Shown: piece by piece, positions 20,514 through 29,330 of the stretch
Position numbering within the stretch: the stretch's first letter is position 1
Layout of the letters: each line of letters begins with the position of its first letter
Origin: Escherichia coli
GTDB taxonomy: Bacteria > Pseudomonadota > Gammaproteobacteria > Enterobacterales > Enterobacteriaceae
Reading direction: 5' to 3' (one strand)
NCBI RefSeq assembly: GCF_050920415.1
Contig: NZ_CP169309.1
Length of the DNA: 64,000 nt
Notes under the pieces: model-generated
Told to the model about the DNA's origin: nothing
The model's database searches: none
What the model saw: only the letters and a program-made list of their open reading frames with translations
Position numbers and translations under genes: made by a program

Positions 20514-21836
20514 TCAGGCAAACGCGCTTCCTGGTCCTGCTTTCCAGTGGGCAAACAACTCCGGCTTCTCTTTTGACAGTCTTTCCATTAGCTGACACGC
20601 CTTCGTCTTTCTATACCACAGGGTTTTATATTTCTTTCTCGCCCACGCAATCAGCGTCAGATTAATATATCTGCATACTTTCTTCATCGCTGATTTGTGG
20701 TATCTCGCGTAATAATTCAGCCACCCCGATATTATCAGATTCAGCCACTTCGCAATATCTTCGAGACTCATCTCCACCCTGCGTCTGATCCACAGTTTCC
20801 TGAGTTTTCCAATCATGCCTTTCTGCGCACGGTTACTCGCCGCCGGGCTGAAACTCGTAAAGAGGTTTCCCCGCCGGTGGTTACGTGCTCTTCGCGCTCT
20901 GAACGTATACCCCAGAAAATCAAACTGCACTGTTTCATGGTTCGCCTGTCGTTCGCTGTCTTTGCAGTAAACTATTTTCGTTTTCTCCGGATGTAATTCC
21001 AGTCCACATTCCTGAAAACGTTTTGCCAGCTTATTCAGTAATTCCTCTGCCTGTTGTTTACTGCCACAATGAATTAATCCATCATCTGCATAACGGCACC
21101 AGGGAATTTCCGGATAATGTAACGTCAGCCATTTATCAAACACATAGTGCAGAAATAAATTCGCCAGTACCGGGCTGATGACTCCACCCTGTGGCGTACC
21201 TTTATTTCTTTCCTTCAGTGTTCCATCCGGCATCTGCACCGGCGCTGTCAGCCAGCGGCGAATAGACAGTCTTACCCATTTATCCGCACAATGTTTATCT
21301 ACTGCCCTGAGTAATAAATCGTGGGGGATATTATCGAATAACCCTTTAATATCAAACTCAAGACACCAGTCGTATTGCCAGCAACGTTTTCTGGTGACTG
21401 CTATTGCATCCAGCGCTGATTTTCCATGCCGGTATCCGTATGAATCATTCAGGAAATAACGCTCCACTAATGGTTCAAACGTTACCAGCACCGTCATCTG
21501 CGCTATTCTATCGCTTACTGTCGGTATTCCTAAAAGTCTTTTGCTGCCATCCTTCTTCGGAATTTCCACCGCACGCACTGGCGGCGGCATCCAGCTTCCC
21601 GACGATAACCTGTTCCAGATTTTGTACAGATTTCCTTTCAGATCCCGCTCAAAATCTTTCAGCGTCTGGTTATCCACTCCGGCAGCTCCGGCATTCGCCT
21701 TTATCCGCCGGTACGCTTCCACCACATGCAATTTACTGACCTGAAACGGTTTTGTCTGTTCACACACAGTCTCCTCCTGCCTACAGTTGGGCTGTGATGC
21801 AGACTGCCCGACGCTGTCCCTTCGCTCCACGTTCAT
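20514..21836 (-). CDS. Group II intron reverse transcriptase/maturase, no endonuclease domain
   Basis: Track ORF 20514..22031; RT domain 0 at LHVVEAYRRIKANAGAAGVDNQT, fingers GTPQGGVISPVLANLFL, palm WCRYADDGLIHCGS (YADD), C-terminal X/maturase-like block GWLNYYARYH; likely start near MNVERRDSV. Confidence 0.85.
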   Translation of the reverse strand: MNVERRDSVGQSASQPNCRQEETVCEQTKPFQVSKLHVVEAYRRIKANAGAAGVDNQTLKDFERDLKGNLYKIWNRLSSGSWMPPPVRAVEIPKKDGSKRLLGIPTVSDRIAQMTVLVTFEPLVERYFLNDSYGYRHGKSALDAIAVTRKRCWQYDWCLEFDIKGLFDNIPHDLLLRAVDKHCADKWVRLSIRRWLTAPVQMPDGTLKERNKGTPQGGVISPVLANLFLHYVFDKWLTLHYPEIPWCRYADDGLIHCGSKQQAEELLNKLAKRFQECGLELHPEKTKIVYCKDSERQANHETVQFDFLGYTFRARRARNHRRGNLFTSFSPAASNRAQKGMIGKLRKLWIRRRVEMSLEDIAKWLNLIISGWLNYYARYHKSAMKKVCRYINLTLIAWARKKYKTLWYRKTKACQLMERLSKEKPELFAHWKAGPGSAFA

Positions 21837-22398
21837 TACAAACGCTTCCTCACTACTACGAACAGCTCTGCCCCGGTTTCGCACATCGATACTCTCATAC
21901 TCATAATTTCGGTTATTTGTAATTCTCTCTTGACATTGCGACGACCGGTTCCCGTAGTTCCTGCAAAGAGCCCGATACAGCGTCATGCCTGCTATACACC
22001 GGACATCATTCACGCAGCATTCGGAATTCACCCGTAAATTAATCCCGGCGGTATCACGAAACCTCCGGTTTTGATGTCACTTAGGACTAACGACGTTTCA
22101 ACACAGGTTCGGGTTTACTCATCTCACTGTATCTCACATAGGATCAGATCTCGTCTGATCGTTCCCCCTGCGCTCACTACCATGGCTCTTTACCACAGCA
22201 GCCGGGGTTGTTTGGGACCGACTTCCGACAGCAGATCCCGGTGGGCCTGCCACCATCTCTTCACAAGCTTATGCTTATTACATGCAAAACGTCCCGTTTT
22301 GCATCTTTGTGCCTACGGCACACCGTGATCTTTCCCTGGGAATAAAAGAAAGTTCACTGTAGTTATTAATGATATTTACTTCTTCATTCATATTTTAC

Positions 22399-22788
22399 CT
22401 ATTTAGAAAAACATATGCTCGCTTCCTCCGTGATAGAGATAACATAATCAGGTATTATTTCAAATACAGGAGTAATTAAGTATGGTCTGGAGTAACCATT
22501 ATTAAAATCCACACTATCAACTAAAAAACTAATAATGCTATCTTTGTCAGAAACAATCAATGATTCTCGGTAATAAGTTTTTTTACCTTTATTTCTCACA
22601 ATATTCAGTGCAATGTAGAATCTATCGTCTATCATAATGTCAGAAAGATTTTTAACATGATCTACCCAAGTGATGCTTCGACATTGCTCTTTTTTATTGA
22701 GCATTGCAAAAAAAATATCTTCTTTCACTTTCTCACTTGGTAACTGACTTAAAGGTTTTATACCTGTAAATATAAATTTAGTTTTCAT
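22399..22788 (-). CDS. Hypothetical protein, AT-rich orphan ORF (129 aa)
   Basis: Open frame in strongly AT-rich DNA (stop codons are AT-rich, so long ORFs here are non-random); no recognisable motif. Confidence 0.5.
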   Translation of the reverse strand: MKTKFIFTGIKPLSQLPSEKVKEDIFFAMLNKKEQCRSITWVDHVKNLSDIMIDDRFYIALNIVRNKGKKTYYRESLIVSDKDSIISFLVDSVDFNNGYSRPYLITPVFEIIPDYVISITEEASICFSK

Positions 22789-22818
22789 ATTGGCTAATTC
22801 GTTTGAAGAGTTGCTACT

Positions 22819-23241
22819 TTATTCAATCCAGTAAGCTAGTCGCTCTCCAGAACTTAGATTTTCCCTTTTGTAATAAAATACCGTATCGAAATTAAGTGAA
22901 ATGTTTGCCGCTATAACTTTAAACTGTAATATTGACTCGGAATAAAACTCGAGAATAATATTAGCATCATTATCATCGTTAATTATTTTTAGTTTCATAA
23001 AATCATCAAGAGGATCACAAGTCCAGTGCGTATCACCACTCATGTAAGATGGTGCATTTATTATTATTTCAAAATTATGATAGTACGAAAGATCACTACT
23101 GCCAACGATAATTAATCGCCCATTACTATAGAGATAAATTTCAAAATCTATCCAACAGTTATTTCTGTAATTACGCCTAATTTCGTCCACTACATTTTGT
23201 TGTTTCATTTTGGATTCTTGTAAAAGATAATTACTACGCAT
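22819..23241 (-). CDS. Hypothetical protein, AT-rich orphan ORF (140 aa; alternative start MKQQNVVDEIRR near 23208)
   Basis: Co-directional with neighbours; no recognisable motif. Confidence 0.5.
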   Translation of the reverse strand: MRSNYLLQESKMKQQNVVDEIRRNYRNNCWIDFEIYLYSNGRLIIVGSSDLSYYHNFEIIINAPSYMSGDTHWTCDPLDDFMKLKIINDDNDANIILEFYSESILQFKVIAANISLNFDTVFYYKRENLSSGERLAYWIE

Positions 23242-23285
23242 TGACTAAGTGAAATATTATCTTCTATAGATCGTATCTGTAAAAT

Positions 23286-23618
23286 TTAAAATGTGTTAAC
23301 TTCACTTCTTAATAATACAAATTCCTCCAGGCTTAATATTTTATTTTTTAATTCATCATGCCTGATCGTATCATTGATATAGAGAAGATAAGTATACTCA
23401 GGATAATCGACCTCATCCACTACGCCATCCAAAACATCATAATTTTCTTTTAGAAGAAAATGTTCATGTCTTTTGTCTCCGGGCAATAAATAGATTCCGC
23501 CATAATAAAGGCTTTCTTTCTCTTTAAATGTGATTTTTATCAGATCTTCTAACATCTTCTGCGCATCATATATTTCCACCCCATAATATCCATACAAGTC
23601 ATAATAACCCATTCCCAT
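23286..23618 (-). CDS. Hypothetical acidic protein, AT-rich orphan ORF (110 aa)
   Basis: Tyr/Glu/Asp-rich small protein; no recognisable motif. Confidence 0.45.
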   Translation of the reverse strand: MGMGYYDLYGYYGVEIYDAQKMLEDLIKITFKEKESLYYGGIYLLPGDKRHEHFLLKENYDVLDGVVDEVDYPEYTYLLYINDTIRHDELKNKILSLEEFVLLRSEVNTF

Positions 23619-23639
23619 TTCACCTGTTTGAATTTGTAT

Positions 23640-23840
23640 TCATTCACCCTCACGGGATTTACCAATTACATTCAGCAGTGGCATTAAATGTAATGTTACA
23701 AAACTATCACATCTTTCCTGAATTATCATTTGGATATAATGTTTTGTGTCATTGCTACCATATTCAGCCATATAGAATATTACTGCGTCCATTATATCTC
23801 TTTCATAGTTTTCTAATGCATCAACAAATACATCAACCAA
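23640..23840 (-). CDS. Hypothetical protein (66 aa, TTG start), possibly the 3' remnant of a gene disrupted upstream
   Basis: Short ORF lying 120 bp from the IS2 left end; low confidence. Confidence 0.35.
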   Translation of the reverse strand: MVDVFVDALENYERDIMDAVIFYMAEYGSNDTKHYIQMIIQERCDSFVTLHLMPLLNVIGKSREGE

Positions 23841-24050
23841 AGTATTAACGTCTTTACTTGATGGATGCTCTGAAAGATTATTTTCATTTGTGAGAATCTG
23901 AATCGTACCATTACGATTCTCTTAGAAATATCATTAAATACGCTACCGCCCTACCCTGATAGACTGGCCCCCTGAATCTCCAGACAACCAGTATCACTTA
24001 AATAAGTGATAGTCTTAATACTAGTTTTTAGACTAGTCATTGGAGAACAG

Positions 24051-24416
24051 ATGATTGATGTCTTAGGGCCGGAGAAACGCAGACGGCGTACCACACAGGA
24101 AAAGATCGCAATTGTTCAGCAGAGCTTTGAACCGGGGATGACGGTCTCCCTCGTTGCCCGGCAACATGGTGTAGCAGCCAGCCAGTTATTTCTCTGGCGT
24201 AAGCAATACCAGGAAGGAAGTCTTACTGCTGTCGCCGCCGGAGAACAGGTTGTTCCTGCCTCTGAACTTGCTGCCGCCATGAAGCAGATTAAAGAACTCC
24301 AGCGCCTGCTCGGCAAGAAAACGATGGAAAATGAACTCCTCAAAGAAGCCGTTGAATATGGACGGGCAAAAAAGTGGATAGCGCACGCGCCCTTATTGCC
24401 CGGGGATGGGGAGTAA
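24051..24416 (+). CDS. insC: IS2 transposase OrfA
   Basis: [56 protein letters not shown]... Confidence 0.95.
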
Positions 24417-25279
24417 GCTTAGTCAGCCGTTGTCTCCGGGTGTCGCGTGCGCAGTTGCACGTCATTCTCAGACGAACCGATGACTGGATGGATGGCCGCC
24501 GCAGTCGTCACACTGATGATACGGATGTGCTTCTCCGTATACACCATGTTATCGGAGAGCTGCCCACGTATGGTTATCGTCGGGTATGGGCGCTGCTTCG
24601 CAGACAGGCAGAACTTGATGGTATGCCTGCGATCAATGCCAAACGTGTTTACCGGATCATGCGCCAGAATGCGCTGTTGCTTGAGCGAAAACCTGCTGTA
24701 CCGCCATCGAAACGGGCACATACAGGCAGAGTGGCCGTGAAAGAAAGCAATCAGCGATGGTGCTCTGACGGGTTCGAGTTCTGCTGTGATAACGGAGAGA
24801 GACTGCGTGTCACGTTCGCGCTGGACTGCTGTGATCGTGAGGCACTGCACTGGGCGGTGACTACTGGCGGCTTCAACAGTGAAACAGTACAGGACGTCAT
24901 GCTGGGAGCGGTGGAACGCCGCTTCGGCAACGATCTTCCGTCGTCTCCAGTGGAGTGGCTGACGGATAATGGTTCATGCTACCGGGCTAATGAAACACGC
25001 CAGTTCGCCCGGATGTTGGGACTTGAACCGAAGAACACGGCGGTGCGGAGTCCGGAGAGTAACGGAATAGCAGAGAGCTTCGTGAAAACGATAAAGCGTG
25101 ACTACATCAGTATCATGCCCAAACCAGACGGGTTAACGGCAGCAAAGAACCTTGCAGAGGCGTTCGAGCATTATAACGAATGGCATCCGCATAGTGCGCT
25201 GGGTTATCGCTCGCCACGGGAATATCTGCGGCAGCGGGCTTGTAATGGGTTAAGTGATAACAGATGTCTGGAAATATAG
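24374..25279 (+). CDS. insD: IS2 transposase OrfB (DDE integrase domain)
   Basis: 301-aa [37 protein letters not shown]... overlapping insC in the -1 frame, as in IS3-family elements. Confidence 0.95.
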
Positions 25280-25513
25280 GGGCAAATCCACCTGATAACA
25301 TGATCTGCACTGCGTTATCATATCGACATGTTTCTCTATATGCGAAGAGATGTTTTATTTTCGGATTAAATTAAATTGATATTCAATATAAAATACAGAA
25401 TCACATCAGCGACATAAATAGTTGTAACAACTTCAATTACCATTCATAGCAAACAAATAGACGTCCAGTTAACTTTGCCGATGATTTATTAACATTAATC
25501 TCCGGCATTGTTG

Positions 25514-26131
25514 TTAAATAATGGCATTCCTTTTTAGTACTTCTTGTAACTTTGGTATCTGACATACAGCATCAGCAATCGCACTGATATTCGTGGCATT
25601 ATCCTGAAACCATTCATGCCCAGGCCCCCATGTGCGCATTGTGCAAAGATAACAGTCCACCAGCGTGAGTTGCTCTCCAAACACATACGGTTCAGCAGTC
25701 AATTGTGAATTCAGCCAGATATAAAGCGATTTGCGATATTCAATAACATTCTTCTTCAACTGTTCAGGTGCGTCGGGGACCCAACGTTCAGGGTAATCGG
25801 CGAAGGTAAACGTTGGATAGACATTAGCGACCAGCCAGACCAATAGCCGTTGAAACTGCTGACGTTCGGCACGCCCAACTGGTGGCGCAAGATCCGGGCT
25901 GCGGTCGAGCACCATTAGCGCAATAGCCGCGCTTTCGGTCATAATCTCGCCATTTTCCAGCGCCAGTGTCGGAACCTGACATAGCGGATTGAGCTTTTGC
26001 AATAGCTCACGCGCAATACCTTCACTGTCAAAACCGCTGACATCAACAAACTTATAGGGAATATCTGCCAGCGTAAGCATGAGTTCGCTGATTGTAGAAC
26101 CCCATCCCGGCACGCCATACATCTTTAACAT
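25514..26131 (-). CDS. yncG: Glutathione S-transferase-like protein
   Basis: 205-aa ORF MLKMYGVPGWGSTISELMLTLADIPYKFVDV... Confidence 0.8.
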   Translation of the reverse strand: MLKMYGVPGWGSTISELMLTLADIPYKFVDVSGFDSEGIARELLQKLNPLCQVPTLALENGEIMTESAAIALMVLDRSPDLAPPVGRAERQQFQRLLVWLVANVYPTFTFADYPERWVPDAPEQLKKNVIEYRKSLYIWLNSQLTAEPYVFGEQLTLVDCYLCTMRTWGPGHEWFQDNATNISAIADAVCQIPKLQEVLKRNAII

Positions 26132-26413
26132 AGCGCCTCCAAAACGCCTAAAAGCTTAAGTGTAGAACACCCATTTCACACGGCGTTGAGGGGCCAGAAG
26201 CGCCTTTCTGACTCTTTTATAACCACACACCTGAATTACCCCCCTAATTTATATGGTTATTTTTTGCATCGTTTCCCGAATGAAGGTAGGATTCTGCGCC
26301 GACAGACATATACCCATAAAGAATAACGGTTAGCGCTGTCATAGTTACCGTGAATAAAGAATGTATTTGTGGTAACGAGAAACGTTAATTCATGAAGATC
26401 ATCAGGGAGCGCA

Positions 26414-27913
26414 ATGAGATCACATAACAACGACGTAACTGATCAACACGCCGCGAAACGCCGCTGGCTTAATGCCCACGAAGAGGGGTATCACAAAGCG
26501 ATGGGCAATCGCCAGGTACAGATGATCGCCATTGGCGGCGCGATTGGCACCGGCTTGTTTTTAGGTGCAGGAGCCCGACTGCAAATGGCGGGGCCAGCAC
26601 TGGCACTGGTCTATTTAATCTGCGGCCTGTTTTCATTTTTTATTCTGCGTGCATTGGGTGAGCTGGTGCTACACCGCCCTTCCAGTGGCAGTTTTGTCTC
26701 TTATGCCCGTGAGTTTTTAGGAGAGAAAGCCGCTTACGTTGCAGGCTGGATGTACTTCATCAACTGGGCGATGACGGGGATTGTCGATATTACCGCCGTC
26801 GCTCTGTATATGCATTACTGGGGTGCGTTTGGCGGCGTGCCGCAGTGGGTCTTTGCGCTCGCTGCGCTGACCATCGTTGGCACCATGAATATGATTGGTG
26901 TGAAATGGTTTGCGGAGATGGAGTTCTGGTTTGCGCTTATTAAAGTGCTCGCCATCGTGACCTTTTTGGTCGTGGGTACAGTGTTCCTCGGTAGCGGTCA
27001 GCCGCTGGATGGCAACACCACTGGCTTTCATTTAATTACCGATAATGGCGGCTTCTTCCCCCACGGTTTACTGCCTGCGCTGGTATTGATTCAGGGCGTA
27101 GTGTTTGCTTTTGCCTCTATTGAAATGGTTGGAACAGCTGCCGGAGAATGTAAAGATCCGCAGACCATGGTGCCTAAAGCCATTAACAGTGTGATTTGGC
27201 GTATTGGCCTGTTTTACGTCGGCTCCGTGGTGTTGCTGGTTATGTTATTACCGTGGAGCGCGTATCAGGCGGGGCAAAGTCCGTTCGTGACGTTTTTCTC
27301 TAAACTGGGCGTGCCTTACATCGGCAGCATTATGAACATTGTGGTACTGACTGCTGCCCTCTCCAGCCTGAACTCAGGTCTGTACTGCACCGGGCGTATT
27401 CTGCGCTCAATGGCGATGGGCGGCTCTGCACCAAGTTTCATGGCGAAAATGAGTCGTCAGCATGTGCCGTATGCCGGGATCCTGGCGACGCTGGTCGTTT
27501 ATGTTGTTGGCGTATTCCTTAACTATCTGGTGCCGTCGCGCGTATTTGAGATTGTGTTGAACTTCGCGTCGCTGGGAATCATCGCTTCATGGGCGTTTAT
27601 CATCGTGTGCCAGATGCGCCTGCGTAAAGCGATTAAAGAAGGCAAAGCAGCGGATGTCAGTTTTAAACTCCCAGGTGCGCCCTTTACGTCGTGGCTGACA
27701 TTACTGTTTTTACTGAGCGTCCTGGTGCTGATGGCGTTCGATTACCCGAACGGGACTTATACCATCGCTGCGCTGCCGATTATTGGCCTTCTGCTGGTTG
27801 TAGGTTGGTTTGGTGTGCGCAAACGCGTTGCAGAAATACACAGCACTGCGCCAGTCGTCGAGGAAGATGAAGAAAAACAGGAAATTGTGTTTAAGCCTGA
27901 AACGGCGAGCTAA
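26414..27913 (+). CDS. ansP: L-asparagine permease (APC family)
   Basis: 499-aa ORF ...KRRWLNAHEEGYHKAMGNRQVQMIAIGGAIGTGLFLGAG... Confidence 0.9.
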   Translation: MRSHNNDVTDQHAAKRRWLNAHEEGYHKAMGNRQVQMIAIGGAIGTGLFLGAGARLQMAGPALALVYLICGLFSFFILRALGELVLHRPSSGSFVSYAREFLGEKAAYVAGWMYFINWAMTGIVDITAVALYMHYWGAFGGVPQWVFALAALTIVGTMNMIGVKWFAEMEFWFALIKVLAIVTFLVVGTVFLGSGQPLDGNTTGFHLITDNGGFFPHGLLPALVLIQGVVFAFASIEMVGTAAGECKDPQTMVPKAINSVIWRIGLFYVGSVVLLVMLLPWSAYQAGQSPFVTFFSKLGVPYIGSIMNIVVLTAALSSLNSGLYCTGRILRSMAMGGSAPSFMAKMSRQHVPYAGILATLVVYVVGVFLNYLVPSRVFEIVLNFASLGIIASWAFIIVCQMRLRKAIKEGKAADVSFKLPGAPFTSWLTLLFLLSVLVLMAFDYPNGTYTIAALPIIGLLLVVGWFGVRKRVAEIHSTAPVVEEDEEKQEIVFKPETAS

Positions 27914-27923
27914 TTGCAAAATT

Positions 27924-27948
27924 GCCCGGCTACGTGCCGGGCAAATTT
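27924..27948. terminator. Probable bidirectional terminator between ansP and yncE
   Basis: GCCCGGCTACGTGCCGGGC hairpin flanked by A/T runs on both strands. Confidence 0.4.
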
Positions 27949-28027
27949 AGATTACTGACGAAGGTGTGCCGCATGCGGCGTGATAAAAGTCAGGCAAGTC
28001 TCTCCGTTTTCACCCTCGCCATATCTA

Positions 28028-29089
28028 TTACAGCGCAATACGAATCACATCGTCTGGCTGGGTAGCTTCCTGCTGTTTAGTGGATTTTTGTTTCACACTG
28101 ACATACAGCGTTTTGCCATCGGCAGACAGCGCCAGGCTGTTTGGATGAGTCGGCGTATCGAACGTTTTCACCACTTTATAGCTTTTCGCGTCAATCACAC
28201 TGACTTTACCTGCCTGACGATGCGTTACGTAGGCTTCATTACGCGCTGGGTTAAACAGCACAGCCAGTGATTCCGGTGCCGCAACCTTCGCCAGAATATT
28301 GCCATTACGGGTATCGACCACTAGCACTTCTGCCGCTTTAGAATCGGTGATAAATGCACGCTGCCTGGCGGTATCGAGGCTGATGTTGATAAAGAAGTGC
28401 TCTTTGCCATCATCCAGCAGCTTTTTACGGCTGAGGATTTTATTGTCGGCGGTGTCGATGGTAATCAATTCACCATCGGCATTAGTGGTGTAAAGACGTT
28501 TGCCTTTGCTATCCAGCGCCAGACCGGTACTCATTTTACCGGTGTTCTGGATGGCGGTTTTCAGTTTGATATTCTCGCCATCAACGACCCAAATCACGCT
28601 CTCTTTACCAATACCACTGATGTAAACGGTGTTCGTGGCATCATCAGCTACCAGCTCACGCGGTTGCAGCGGGCGCACCTCTTCCGTGCGCTTACGATCA
28701 TCCAGCACCAGACGGCCTTTCACTTCGCCCGTTTTGGCATCTATCGCCGTGACCGCGCTGTTTACGGTGTTACCAAACCACAACGTCTGAGTCGTGTTAT
28801 TGATGGTGGCACCAAACGGCTTGAGATCGTTATGGATCGCCTGAGTTACCTCCAGAGTGACCGGATCGAGACGATAAACCACCCCGCCTTTATCCAGTTT
28901 GCGGCTTTGTGAAGTAGCGAGCCACAGCGCGTTTTCCTGCTGGCTATAAGCCATTTCGTAGGCACCTTTACCTACCGCTTTACGCAGCATTTCTTCTGCG
29001 GCCTGCGTACTGAATGATGAAGCAATAAGCAATGAACCTAACAGTAATGAACCACGCAGGCGCGATGAAAACAGATGACGTAAATGCAT
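28028..29089 (-). CDS. yncE: PQQ-like beta-propeller protein with signal peptide
   Basis: 353-aa ORF MHLRHLFSSRLRGSLLLGSLLIASSFSTQAAEE... Confidence 0.85.
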   Translation of the reverse strand: MHLRHLFSSRLRGSLLLGSLLIASSFSTQAAEEMLRKAVGKGAYEMAYSQQENALWLATSQSRKLDKGGVVYRLDPVTLEVTQAIHNDLKPFGATINNTTQTLWFGNTVNSAVTAIDAKTGEVKGRLVLDDRKRTEEVRPLQPRELVADDATNTVYISGIGKESVIWVVDGENIKLKTAIQNTGKMSTGLALDSKGKRLYTTNADGELITIDTADNKILSRKKLLDDGKEHFFINISLDTARQRAFITDSKAAEVLVVDTRNGNILAKVAAPESLAVLFNPARNEAYVTHRQAGKVSVIDAKSYKVVKTFDTPTHPNSLALSADGKTLYVSVKQKSTKQQEATQPDDVIRIAL

Positions 29090-29330
29090 GACGACTCCCT
29101 TTGATGAACCGATATTTTTGCTGCTTCACAATGCTTCGCTAAGCGTAATCATCGTTACGCTCTTGTTATAAATGGGAATGGTAATCATTATTTTCTCAAA
29201 TGTGGAGCATTTCTTGCCGTTACGACTACAATTTTCTCAATTACTTAACGTATTGTGCCGTTTCATTTTCCATAAATTTACAATTTCATTACCATGACGG
29301 CGTTTTCCCATTCTTAACCTGGCTTTTTTC

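Larger units (their letters stand above)
20440..22325 (-). mobile_element. Bacterial group II intron (about 1.9 kb) with intron-encoded protein; boundaries approximate
   Basis: RT/maturase ORF followed 3 nt later by a canonical domain V; GTGTG (GUGYG-like) 5' motif near 22323 on the minus strand; 3' end estimated about 40-70 nt beyond domain V. Confidence 0.75.
23960..25290 (+). mobile_element. IS2 (IS3 family), complete 1331 bp, flanked by 5-bp direct repeat CCTGA
   Basis: Left end TAGACTGGCCCCCTGAATCTCCAGACAACC..., right end ...CAGATGTCTGGAAATATAGGGGCAAATCCA; CCTGA at 23955..23959 and 25291..25295. Confidence 0.95.

Noticed and set aside
20438-22328. Plus-strand ORFs within the group II intron (20438..20665, 20697..20996, 21178..21459, 21404..21739, 22071..22328)
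   Set aside because: Antisense to the intron RT frame, which carries clear YADD and RT-domain motifs; the plus-strand frames have none.
22324-22398. Rho-independent terminator between orphan ORF 22399..22788 and the intron 5' end, as a possible intron target site
   Set aside because: Only a weak TTCCC/GGGAA palindrome without a T-run is present; insufficient to call a terminator or to assign the intron to a terminator-targeting class.
23811-23841. Apparent one-nucleotide frame inconsistency between my manual reading and the supplied ORF translation at the start of ORF 23640..23840
   Set aside because: Most likely my own transcription error when reading the text by eye; it illustrates that hand-derived coordinates here can be off by a nucleotide. 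Not interpreted as a real frameshift.
25291-25513. Possible small yncH-like ORF between the IS2 right end and yncG
   Set aside because: No ORF with a convincing start/RBS and no remembered sequence to match; left unannotated.
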